Part shown: positions 21,053-32,150 of the stretch, piece by piece | Position numbering within the stretch: position 1 is the first letter of the stretch | Layout of the letters: each line of letters opens with the position of its first letter | NCBI GenBank assembly: GCA_964187785.1 | Contig: OZ076409.1 | Location: forward strand, 69,380,001-69,444,000 | Direction of reading: 5' to 3' | Source of the DNA: Amphiscolops sp. MND2022 | Taxonomy: Eukaryota | Length of the DNA: 64,000 bases | Notes under the pieces: model-generated | What the model was told of the DNA's origin: nothing | Database searches by the model: none | The model's input: the letters and a program-made list of their open reading frames with translations, nothing else | Translations under genes and position numbers: made by a program

Positions 21053-21498
21053 TTATTAGGTTTGAAAGTTTGATAGTATAAATTTAGTACTGCATTTTTG
21101 AACCCAATTTTATTTGTGAGATACAGTGTGTATAAACAATACGCCGCGCAATAACTGTCGTTGGTCTGAATTTGATATTCTGAATAAATACCATTTTTAA
21201 TATGATTAAGTATATTAGTTGGGGGTGGGCATCCATATGAATCAAAATAATTTTGATTTATAAACATAACCCAATGTGTTCCCACTGAGGGATGTAAGTT
21301 AACTATACCACTGGTAGTGTTAAACTTATCATCTCTCATGTATATTGCACAGCTTTGCCCACACACTGTATTTATTTCGCCGGAGGCACCAAGCCTATCA
21401 AGTATTTCTTTTATTTTTACATTGGAAGTTGCTTCGTTTTTTAGTCCGTATTTTTCAACAAAGTCTTTGAATGAGAGGTAATTGTGAAGCTGTGCCAT
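21049..21498 (-). CDS. Adenain-like protease, mirror copy
   Basis: Protein identical to 11630-12079. Confidence 0.9.
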   Translation of the reverse strand: MAQLHNYLSFKDFVEKYGLKNEATSNVKIKEILDRLGASGEINTVCGQSCAIYMRDDKFNTTSGIVNLHPSVGTHWVMFINQNYFDSYGCPPPTNILNHIKNGIYSEYQIQTNDSYCAAYCLYTLYLTNKIGFKNAVLNLYYQTFKPNK

Positions 21499-23654
21499 TT
21501 ATTAGTTATTTTTCATTGGTGTGTATTAATGTTGGTTGTGCATTAATGCTGGCTGTACAGCAACGTGTTATTATTACACATTGCGTAGCTTCGCGCATCA
21601 TAGAGGTTAGTGCGAAGCTTCGCGAATTTTGCTTCATGGCAAAACACTATTTTTGATGATTTGTTTTCTAAAAAGTGCTTAAAATCAATGGTTTTGAGGA
21701 CTTTTAATTTTTGGGGTTTTTGTGGCCCGTATCGGGAATCCCCATACTACTCACCAAAGATCCTTCAACTGCGAAACTTGCTTTTGGTTTACATTGTTTC
21801 CTCACTGTGCCCACTTTCTCATTTCGGTGCCAAAACCGACTCTAGAAATCTCTCTCGCGGGTTTGTTGCAAGAAGTAAATCCATCGCATTTTGGATAACG
21901 CCAGTGTCTGCAAGTTGTTACATTAAAACTCTGGAAAATTGCTGTTGAGTTGTCCAAATAGAACTGTAGTGAAATAAAAGTTGTGAAAATTTCGATCTGA
22001 TAGCTTCTTTTGAAATAAATTTAATCAAAATTTTTGTCACGAGAATCAAATGCTTACCTACCTATCAAATGTTAAGAGAAATGAGTGCTCAAAGTAAAAT
22101 AATTTGCAATAATGTTGGAACATGAAAACGGTGGAGATAGCAAGAAGCGGAACAAAAAATTCTGTCATTGTATTTCAATTCTTGGTAAAATAATCTCGAT
22201 AGTTGTCTGAAATGTGTAATTCTGACAATTTGAATGACACAGTTGAAATTTTATTAATCCGACAAAGAGAAGAAACACTATATAGCTGAGCTCAAAAGTA
22301 CGTCTTTTCTTTCGTATGGAACTGGAAATAATTTTGGGTAATTTTACAGAAATTGAGCTTCTGGATGGTTAAAAAAAATTGTTCCACTCACCAATGAAAG
22401 TTATTACAGCAAGAGTAAACTCCATGGCACAACTGAAATTTAAAGCTAAGATTATCAAACTGATAACTTTTTTTTATTACTCTTGACACTAAGTAGACTC
22501 CAGCTTCAATCGAAAAACAACAAACTATGAAATGAAAATGCTTGTATAACCTGAAATTGTTCTGAAGAGTTCTAAAACGTATTTTGAGATTATTACACAC
22601 ATTATGAGCTTGAGAATTTTTGTGCTACTTGAGGTTAATATCTGGTAACAGATCCACGACTATTATATATTAAAATGCAATTTTTAACGAGTAGTTAAAA
22701 TTGAATGGGCGCCCATTGAGATATAGTTTATCGAGAAAGAGGGCTTATATCTTTAATCAAAGAACGAAGTATCTCTTAGATACAACTGAACTAGTTTGAA
22801 AAACCGATAATTGTTCAAAACAATGAAATGATTAACATTGAGTCAAACTTTCTTGGTGAAGAAACTGTATTACCCAAAAGAAAGTAGATGAAGCAAAATT
22901 ATATGTTGAATTGTATTCGAATGTAAAGTTAGTACATAAGCGTTATGTACATAAGCGTTATCAGTTTCAACCAATATTGCCAAATCGGACAGGAAAGTTA
23001 CTAATTAACTCAGCAGCCCTTTTTTCCAAAAATTTTCTTGTTCCACTCTTTCATTCACAAGTCATTGAATTTCTTACACAGAAATCAACTTCAACGCAAT
23101 TAGAGTCATAGCATTAGTATACGCCGATGTTTAAAACTGATTCGGAAAGTGCCCTGAAATGTGTCTGAAATGCCTTGAGATTTCAAAACCTTTTCACTTT
23201 ACAACCAATTTCAGACAATTTTGAACCGTTTTGAATATTGCTAAGACTTCGAACACCTTCAGAGCTCAAAGACAAAACAAATAGCTATCATGTGCGCTTT
23301 TACGAAGAGCAACATGAACTTTATCCCAAAAATGTACCTCAAAAATGTACCTCTAAAAGTACCTCAAAAATGACTTCGAAAAACCTGAAAACTTTGAAAT
23401 TTTTCAAACTTTGATTATTTGGAACAATTTTTAACAAAGTTTTTCAGCGTTATAAAATACACAATGTTCTAAAACAGTGAAACTTGCAATCACGTATAAC
23501 TTCCAGAAGCGTTTTGTATCTAGCAAGACCCCCAAAAAACGACAATTTCAATTCTTGACCAATTAGTCGCATTTCAGCATTGTTTTCACTTGTTTTTGAA
23601 AATCAGATTTCCCACAAAAATCGAAGACGAAAAACATTACTTATCCAAGGGCTA

Positions 23655-24699
23655 CCCGGGTTGACCCTCTTACTAGCATCTTGGCTGTCTTGGCAAGATC
23701 TTGCCAAATTCTTAGTACATCTTGGCAGCCATGGATCCCATGGCAAGATTCTTATTAAGATCTTACTAAGATAATACTTATTCCAAGATCGTATCTTATC
23801 ACGATGGACAAAATTTTAAGATTATTGAAAAACACTATACCTTCGGTACAAGCAGCCGAGACTCAATCTAAAGGCTCATTTCACCCAACAACGACTATTT
23901 CTACTCGTTTTCATAATAAAAATGCTTAAACCTGCTGAAAAAATTTTGCATGCAAAAATGCGTGAAAAATTACGATAACGTAGTCTGGCTTCAGAAATTC
24001 TGACGAGAATCCTAATAATTCCTCACCTGTTTAAGACTGAAAAATGCCGAATGTACCAAATGAAAGGTAATGTCAAGGGCTTTTCAAAACTTGTAATTTA
24101 TCATTCCTGTCGATTCCAGAGACGGAGAAATATGCTCTCAAACGTCCAGATCCACTATCGGAAAGTTACAAAGGAAAGACCTTAAAATCTTGAAATTTTT
24201 GTAAAAATCATATTTCCAGCTTTCTTTGAGCCTGTTAAGCAGCCTTATTACTGCTAGAAACGGCGGTCGTTGCTCTATTTTGGGTAATGACAGCTCAGGG
24301 CTTATCTGACGCCGTTGTTGGCGACAGTTTTGCAATTGAAAAAGAAATCGATATCGAAATGGTTGTAAAAATCATTCAGTAATTTTGTTTTGAGTGATGT
24401 CTAAATTATTTTTGCATAACTCTTAATTTAATGGTTTTCTGATTTTACTTTCTCTCGATATCGAGCAGTTCGTAGCAATTTTTTTCTTGCCATATTCGGC
24501 TTCTTAGTTAGATTTTTCTTGCCATATTGGGCTTCTTAGTAAGATTTTTCTTGGAAACATGGCTCTCTTGATAAGATCTTACCATGGCATCTTGCAATTC
24601 TTGGCAATATCTTGTCACGATCTTAGCTAAGAATTTTCCAAGATCTTGGCAAGATCTTGCCAAGATCTTACTAAGATATCCATGGAGGGTCGACCCGGG
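23655..24699. mobile_element. Non-autonomous TIR element (MITE-like) with CAAGATCTT subterminal repeats
   Basis: 15-bp TIR CCCGGGTTGACCCTC / GAGGGTCGACCCGGG, flanked by TA on both sides. A related copy is at 52776-54567. Confidence 0.75.
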
Positions 24700-24873
24700 T
24701 ATTTCATAATAGATGCTTCAGGTTTTTTGATTCAGGAAAACGCCCTAGAATACCAAGAAGGAAACAAAAGTTTCTACCGCGTTGAGCAATTTCCCTACTT
24801 CCCCAGTGAACATTTTCAAAGTTCGAAAACAAAACAGTAAATTTTTCAATGAAACTTCCGACGGATTTACGTA

Positions 24874-25213
24874 TTTTTAGTCGGTGCTTTTATCAATAAA
24901 AGAGCCCGACTATTACAGTCACTCGTTTTTCTCTTTTTTCAAGACAGACTCGAAGCGACGAAGGTTAACGTTTAACTAAAGGAAACTAAATACCAGGGAA
25001 ACGCATCTAAGTTATTCCAAAGGGTCTCCCCTTTGGTTTTTTTTACTTTTTAAACGTAGCCTACAAAACCGGATAAGTTTAAAGTGTCCCCCTTTCGGTT
25101 TTTTTTCGGCACTGTGCGACCTTTTCTCTATTTCTTTTTGTCTCCAAAGGGCCCCCCTTCGATTTTTATGGAGCCTTAGATATAGCGCCGACTTGAGACG
25201 TTCCCGTCTTGTT
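24874..25213 (+). mobile_element. HINE-like element
   Basis: TTTTTAGTCGGTGC start; GCGCCGACT plus GAGACG-TTCC-CGTCTT hairpin at the end. Confidence 0.7.
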
Positions 25214-25649
25214 CGGATTTACGCGAGTTTATTTTTTTCTTGCGTTTGAAGATTGCGTTACTAAGAGTTCTTGTTGTCAACTTTTTTCCGCAAAAGCTTG
25301 AGTTAAATCAAAAGTTCTCAGAAACATTTTGTTTTACACAGTTTCCGTCCAATCCAATTTTGGGAATTTTCATAGCATTGATCATCGATAGCGTTGTATT
25401 TCGAAATTTTTAGCTACTCACCAGAGTGTTTGAACTGAAAATTTTCGAACTTCCAAGTTTCATGCATTTTTGTTCCACTTGGTGAAGCTGTTGTGTTTGA
25501 AGGTTCAAGACGTTTGAAAAACGAAACATTTGAAAATTCATGTCTTTTCGCAGTTGTTTGCTTGCCCAAACAAAGCTTGATTTCGCATTATAATGTGCAC
25601 AATAATTCACAAATTAAAATTTCCTATTTCTAGGGATCATGGGATCAAG

Positions 25650-26134
25650 TTTTTAGTCGGCGCTTTTATTAATAAAAGATACCGACTATAACAGTCACTC
25701 GTTTTTTTAAAAAATTCTTTAACACAGACTCAGAGCGACGATTTGTTCAGTTTGTTCAACCAAACGATTACCTGGGAAATGCATCTAAGGTATTGCTAAG
25801 GGTCTTCCTTTCAATTTTTACTTTTTAAATGTAACATACAAAACCGGACGAGACTAAAGGGTCCCCTTTCAATTTTTTTGGCGCTGTGAGTTTTTTTTGA
25901 AATTTTTTGTCTTTAAAGGGTCCCTCCTTCGATTTTATTGAAGTACTCCCTCGTAATATCCGGTGTTAAGCGCTGTATCCGAATTTGTGAGGTTATATCC
26001 GAACTATATCGGTTTTAGTAAGGGTTCGAAAACAAGGCTTTTTCATGAAAACGTCCTCCGCATATTTCAAATCTGGGCTTTTTGAGCTTAAGATACTAAG
26101 ATATAGCAACGACTTTAGACGTTCTCGTCTTGTT
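25650..26134 (+). mobile_element. HINE-like element
   Basis: Same terminal structures and GGGTCCCC internal motifs as 24874-25213. Confidence 0.65.
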
Positions 26135-26864
26135 ACAGTGTTCAACAACAAATTACTTAGACCTTCACATCTTTCTGTAGAGACAAACTTGATTTTTGTT
26201 TTTCAAAAAGAACTGCAACATGTAGATATTTCATGTAGTCTGCAACATGTAGTCTGTGTTTTTTGAGGCAAGGCACAAGACTTACGAATATTTTGTAGCT
26301 AAAATCTGTGCAAAGAATATCCCGCTGCTTAGCGGCTTCTTGTTAGTTGGCGTTTTTAGAAACTATTTCAGCTCTAAACTACCTTGTTGTTTTTATGAAC
26401 TATTTACGTGGTGGTTGTGAGAAGAAAGCACAATTCCTGTGATTTTTAGCAATTACAGACTGGTATCAGGCCAGAGAGTGTCTCTAGAGACGGTTCCCCC
26501 TCCTCGGGACCGCATTAGAGTGCATAGGCAATCTAAATTTGCTCAAAGCTCAATTTTGTTCTTTCAATACCTCGGATTCCACGACCATACCTTTAACCGT
26601 GCAAAATCGGCAAATTACGTCATAAGTCCCGGATTCCACGGACAAGCATGCCACGGACAAGCAACTGAATTTTCGTGTCCCGGATTCCACGACAAGCAGC
26701 AAAATAGCTTGCCTATGCACTGTAATGCGGCTATCCTTAGGAGGACAAAGTGAGCTGATATCATGGTGGATTGTCCCCGACCATATTCATGGTACCAATT
26801 CCTCTACTCCAATGTTACGATACAATCGCTTAGCGCTTGCCGTTACATAACATACAATACCTTA

Positions 26865-27648
26865 CAAGACTAAAGGGTCCTTTCGGTTTTTTTGATACTG
26901 TGAGACGTTCTTTCGGAAACTTTTTAATGTCTCCAACGGGTCCCCCTTTGAGCTTTTTGATATTTTGCATCAGATTGGATGTTAAAAACTCCCAAAGAGT
27001 CCCCTTTTTAAAATTCTCGGCACTACCAGACTGTTCAACGTTCTCATTTTTCGTCTGATATTAGGTTTTGTCAATATAAATCCATTATTTTTTTTTCAAA
27101 AGCAAGCGGTCTCAGCACACTATATTCGAACTTCTGAAGCGTTTTCCGATCACGAAAGGCACCTTTTCGGTGTTTCGCTTTTTTGTGAGTTTTTAAAACG
27201 TCCTCGTTTCAAAAACTTTTTGAACTTTTCTCAATACACTTCTACCAATAATTTTTGTCGATGCTGTCCGAATTTTTTGAGACGTTTTGACGGTACTGTG
27301 CGACTTTTTGCAATTTGTTTTTATCGAAGTCCCTCCTCGATTTTCACTAGGAACCAGAGAGGACTCTTCAGGGTTTTCGGCGCTATGCGACTTACCGAAG
27401 ACAATTTTTAATTCAAAAAAATCGAAAATTTTTTTGTTTTTTGATAGGTGTTTCGTTGAGCAAGATGGGTTTTTTGCTGTTTCGAATTGAAGAAAAAGTG
27501 GTTTTCGAGTCTTATGCGTATCCCGTCGGGTCTATTTTTGTACTGTAAATTTGATCATAATTTTAACATTAGTGTCCTTTTGCATATTTAAAAAACTACC
27601 TTTTTGAACATTGAGTAGTGCGTCGACTTCGGCCGTTCCTGGCTTGTT
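26865..27648 (+). mobile_element. HINE-like element, 5'-truncated and diverged
   Basis: Family internal motifs and the 3' end GCGTCGACTTCGGCCGTTCCTGGCTTGTT. The left boundary is approximate. Confidence 0.5.
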
Positions 27649-28691
27649 TCGTGAAGCCCTTAGTGGCTAATAGACATAGCCAACTATATTCAAAGTTCAT
27701 GATTGGTTCTTTCTACGAGATTTAAACCCTAGAATGTACCAATCATTGGTTACGCCCATGCATGTCAAAATACAGCAGCAAAGTACTATTTTTTGACCAC
27801 AGGACATCGTAATTGAGTAGTTCCGGACTACACGAGTGTAGAAAGGCACTTACACATCAAATTTTAGGACGACTTGAATTTACAGTGACTCTAGTTGCTG
27901 TAAGCCAGGCTGACTCCGGGCTAACCTCAAAGTTTGTGTTATATAACTTTTTCAGATGTGTGTATCAGATACAATCAGATGCAAAAAAAATTAGGACATC
28001 CCCAGAAAGTCAAACATTCGTGCGCTCAGCAATACATATTGGAACTCGGGGCCCGGTTTCCCTGAAAAAACGTGTTGCTCCGGTACCAGAAAAACCGAAA
28101 ACGGCGTTTCAATAGGTCAGCCTGTTGTCATGTCAAAACACGCTCAAATCACTGAAAAAAGCTGAGAAAAACTGTCAGACACATACGGCGACATGTACTA
28201 GCGATAGCTGATTTAAACTGGTAGTACCTTGCTAGGCCACAATGGCCTATCTTTCTGCGCCAGTTTAAAAAAACTCCTTAGTACACAAGTTCAACGCCCT
28301 ACAAGGACTAGCTGGAGCAGAAAATCCAACAAGAAAAAGATACCGACTTTTGAATTAACAATTTTGAGAAAATTTGCTAAAACTACAACTCCGACAATAA
28401 ATTTCTTTTTCTGAGGGCAATGGCGCATTTTGAATGATACTTTCCGTTAACCTTTCTTTAATTGATATATTTGATAAGCTTTTGATTTATGATAAACTTT
28501 GATAAACAATTGATAAACTTTTCTTTATGAATCATTGTTTTTTTTGGTGCAACTATTTTCATGCGAAAACTCGCAATTCAACTTTTAATGTTTCTGAACT
28601 GACGTTCCTTGTAGCTTCCCGGAACAGTGTAAGTGCATTTACGTGACTAACAAGGCAATTTAATCCCAGTGCGTTCACACTTGTGACGAGA

Positions 28692-28987
28692 AGTTCTAAG
28701 AAATTACGCCCAAGGAAAGTACGCCCAAACGGAAATCACGCCCAAACGGAAATCACGCCCAATGAAATAAGGCTTTTCAAAACGAATAGCAGCCAATATT
28801 TTAACGTTATAATTTGAATAGGTTAGCATGTTTGTTATATGGCTCGGTCGCTCCGCTCCTTTCGCAACATTGAGGCATGGCCATATGGCAGGTCGCTCTG
28901 CTTTGCTTCGGCTTTTAGGGCACTAGAAGTATGTGAGCATAGCTGATTACATTATCGTAATTTCCTTAGGCATAATTTCCGGACACC
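28692..28987. mobile_element. Small TIR element with apparent 9-bp TSD and 17-bp internal tandem repeat
   Basis: GTGACGAGA at 28683-28691 and 28988-28996. Imperfect IR GAAATTACGCCCAAGG / CCTTAGGCATAATTTC. Tandem GGAAATCACGCCCAAAC units. Confidence 0.45.
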
Positions 28988-29275
28988 GTGACGAGACGTA
29001 ATAATTGGACTAAAGGTTGGCTCCCTTCTAGCAAATACACAGAAAGTGATTCTGAGACATGTTAACAAATAATATTGCTAACGCTAAATCAATGTTTCAA
29101 TACGCGTTCAGTTTTATTGGTACGCCTATTATTCTCACGGTCCACAACTAACGAGGTTAGCCTATGTTCCTAATCGAACAGCTTTCCGCTTCAATTAAGT
29201 TGTCCAGTTGTTTTTCGATGGGTTTCTTTTATTCTAATTTTAGGAGATTTTGACTTATATGTACTGCCGTATAGC

Positions 29276-29699
29276 ATTCACACAAATACGACGAATAACT
29301 AAGCTATTAGCATGGCTCGGAGGATTTATTTCACCTTGGCAATGAACTATTTACGATGATGATTGTATCCTTAAGCAGAAATATTACTGGCAATTTTTAT
29401 TAAATATTTGGGTGATTTATTAAAAACTTGGGTGATTTTAACCTGGGAGATTTTACCTTAGAAGTCACTAACTTAGTAGATTTTGACAAGTAACCATCGG
29501 CGACACTACTTGTTTTGATCTTATATGTACTGCATTCACACAATGTATAGTTATATGTTATATGTATTCACACAAATACGACGATTAACTAAGCTATTAG
29601 CATGGCTCGGAGGATTTATTTCACCTTGGCAATGAACTATTTACGATGATGATTGTAGCCTTAAGCAGAAATATTACTGGCAATTTTTATTAAATATTT
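29276..29699. repeat. ~135-bp near-identical direct repeat (29276-29409 and 29566-29699)
   Basis: ATTCACACAAATACGACG...TTATTAAATATTT occurs twice, with two substitutions seen. Confidence 0.85.
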
Positions 29700-30112
29700 T
29701 TGAGTCTTTAATACCTGGCTGTTAAATTAGTGGCTCCTCCATTGGCAAGTTTAAATATGAAGGTGATTAAACGGGTTAGGTGCTTTTTTGTTTGATCTCA
29801 ACTAACTTTTGGACCCTTGGAAAATTGCGGAAGAGTCGACCAATTACGCTTTTAAAAGCAGTGAAACCGTAAGAAGCGGTTGTGTCGCTTGAAAAGTCAA
29901 TAAAGCTTCTTCCTACATGCAAAACAAAAGGTTCTCTTTTCAAAGTATATTGATATTTCTATGAAAGGCAAATCATTATTTCAATCAATCATGTGTATTC
30001 ATAAATAAACAAAATTCGATAGACTGTGACTACTTATAATCAAAAATATGGTCAACGTTTAAATTGAAATCTGAATAAGTTTGTGTAAAACACCGAATAG
30101 TGAAGTTCAGGT

Positions 30113-30616
30113 CTACTTTTTAGCTGCTGCTTTCTTCGCAGCTAGCTTTTTGACTGCTGGCTTTTTGATCGTTTTAGACTTCTTAGGGTTGGTTGCTGAT
30201 TTTCCTTTTTTGGGCGATTTGGTTGTCTTGGGTTTCGCAGCACTTTTCTTCGCGGGAGACTTCTTAGCGGATTTTTCGACTGTGGCCTTTTTCGCCTTGG
30301 GTTCTTTGGCTGGAAGCTTGAAGGATCCGCTGGCACCGTGTGTTTTGCTGGAAGCGTGAACAAGTTCTTTATTCAAGATCATTCTCTTCAGGGCCATCTT
30401 TACTTGGACGGCGACTTTATCCCCGACTTTGTAGTTACTACTGACATACTTGACAATTGCCGCTCGGCTTGAACCTCCTTTTTCGTTCAGAGTGGAAACT
30501 GCTTTCTTGATCATGCTTTTGTAGGGTGGGTGGCTGTAAGTTTTCTTCACGGCTGTAGAAGACTTTTTGGTCTTGGGTGTTGTGACCTTTTTGGGGGTAG
30601 CGCCATATCCAGTCAT
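30113..30616 (-). CDS. H1: Linker histone H1/H5 family protein, intronless
   Basis: Globular domain HPPYKSMI..A...L.EKGGSSR.AI.KY....Y.V...GASGSFKL, with a Lys/Ala/Pro-rich tail containing SPKK/SPAK motifs. TATATA lies ~110 bp upstream. Confidence 0.95.
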   Translation of the reverse strand: MTGYGATPKKVTTPKTKKSSTAVKKTYSHPPYKSMIKKAVSTLNEKGGSSRAAIVKYVSSNYKVGDKVAVQVKMALKRMILNKELVHASSKTHGASGSFKLPAKEPKAKKATVEKSAKKSPAKKSAAKPKTTKSPKKGKSATNPKKSKTIKKPAVKKLAAKKAAAKK

Positions 30617-32150
30617 TGTTGAATTGGTAATTGAATTGAAACTGAGTCAAGATATTTGAAAATAGATGGTAAGCTAATTGAGGAGTTGAATTATTGCTGA
30701 ATGACTGGTTCAGTTGCCAAATATGCTATATATGTGCTAAGATCGGACCGGAACGAAGGCTGATAATTAACAGCCAGAGCGCTGGAATGACCTGCTAACT
30801 TTTGAGGAAATATTCTACTTTTTTAATTGAATAACTAAATGCACACCTATCGTTTAAAATCGTAGATTAGCGCAATCAACTCATAATGAAGTTGTCTCTC
30901 ATCTGATATATTCCAAAACAAAACAACTCTCAGAGAAACCAAGAAAACGAAAAACAACGAACCAAAGGTTGTCTTTATTCTACTCAGATTTCTCTTTGGT
31001 AGTTTCTGGCCAATCGTATAAAATGGATACTTTATTTCAATTTTTTGTTACCCCGCGGTCGCTTGGGAGGGGATAAGAAACATGGTCCTATATACCTTAT
31101 ATTTTAAATACATCAGATGAGTAGTTGAGAAAACAAAGTGTGAATTCAAAGTGATTGTGTCGGTAATGTATCGGAATTTATTTTCAAGTTTAATTGCAGG
31201 AGCTGAAAATGCAGTGGAATTGTACATGATATACCACCGAAGTTCACTGAATTTTCTAGGTTTTATAACAAATTACCCTGGATGCAGGCTTGCAGCGTGA
31301 AAAAGTTGCTGCAGTTTCAACTATGGCGCTTGCGAACCTTTGCTTCATTTTCAAAACTGTTAAAGATTTGTTCATTTCACCAAAAGACCACCTTTAGCTT
31401 ACCAAGAGGGCGTCCCTTTTGAATAACACTGGCATTGCTAAATTCTCCCGATTTTTCTCCGAAGGTATCTTAGCATATTTGAGAGACTTTGCCGTTTTTG
31501 GGTCTTACACTTTCGTGTACAAGTTTTTGTGGAACCCTACGCTATGTAGTAACTAATTTTGCTTCCTGTCTCGAACATTGTCCTAGGAGCCGTATATCTC
31601 TGTCCTTGAGATGGCTCTTAAAATCGTCCCGGATATATGATGACGGCTTCGCCTTTAAACTTGAGAGTGACGTCAGAGTTCATCAATTCCCAAACAATTG
31701 AAACCGCAACTCCCTCAAAATTAGAAAAGATATTGCAAAGGAGTTTTGGATGTTCCCGTTCTTAGGATTTTTAGAAGGTAATTTAAAAAGTTCTATTTCG
31801 AATTTCAATTAAAACACTACTTTTTCATGTCTATCTTGCTCAATGAAAAAACTTTCTGTGGAAATCTATCGCAAGTACAAGGTCCAAGATAATGTAGTCT
31901 AAAATTCCTGCAACTGCTGGACTAACTTTTTAGAGTGCTAACTTCGAATGTCTCACTGAAATGCTGAATTTCTTATATAGGAAATCTTCGCCCTTCAACA
32001 ATTGATGACTGTGGTTGAATTATTATTTCTATTCTGCAATTTAGAGTAAATTTCTTCTATGTTTGTTCGTATTCAAATCAATACTCATGAGATTTTTTCT
32101 CAAAGTGACATTTCTGCTTTTTCTCATCGAATGCATCAATCCATGGGTAC

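Larger units (their letters stand above)
11377..21751. mobile_element. Fully palindromic, non-autonomous Polinton/Maverick (adintovirus-like) element
   Basis: Termini AGTAGTATGGGG...CCCCATACTACT. 6-bp TSD CACCAA at 11371-11376 and 21752-21757. Mirror-image ORF sets, with coordinates of all pairs summing to 33128. Protease, penton-like and A32 ATPase genes are present; no pPolB, integrase or major capsid gene is seen. Confidence 0.93.

Noticed and set aside
11377..21751. Giant palindrome as a pure assembly or chimeric-read artefact
   Set aside because: Symmetry stops exactly at Polinton-type termini, both unique flanks carry the same direct 6-bp TSD, the arms differ at two sites, and the centre has an asymmetric loop. 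It is not fully excluded because of the N gap.
21800..29200. Numerous 60-110 aa ORFs in the intergenic region
   Set aside because: Non-ATG starts, no recognisable motifs, and overlap with repeats; consistent with chance in AT-rich DNA.
31400..31720. Possible terminal exon(s) of the cadherin-like gene
   Set aside because: Coding-like composition, but I could not fix a phase-consistent acceptor, so it is left unannotated.
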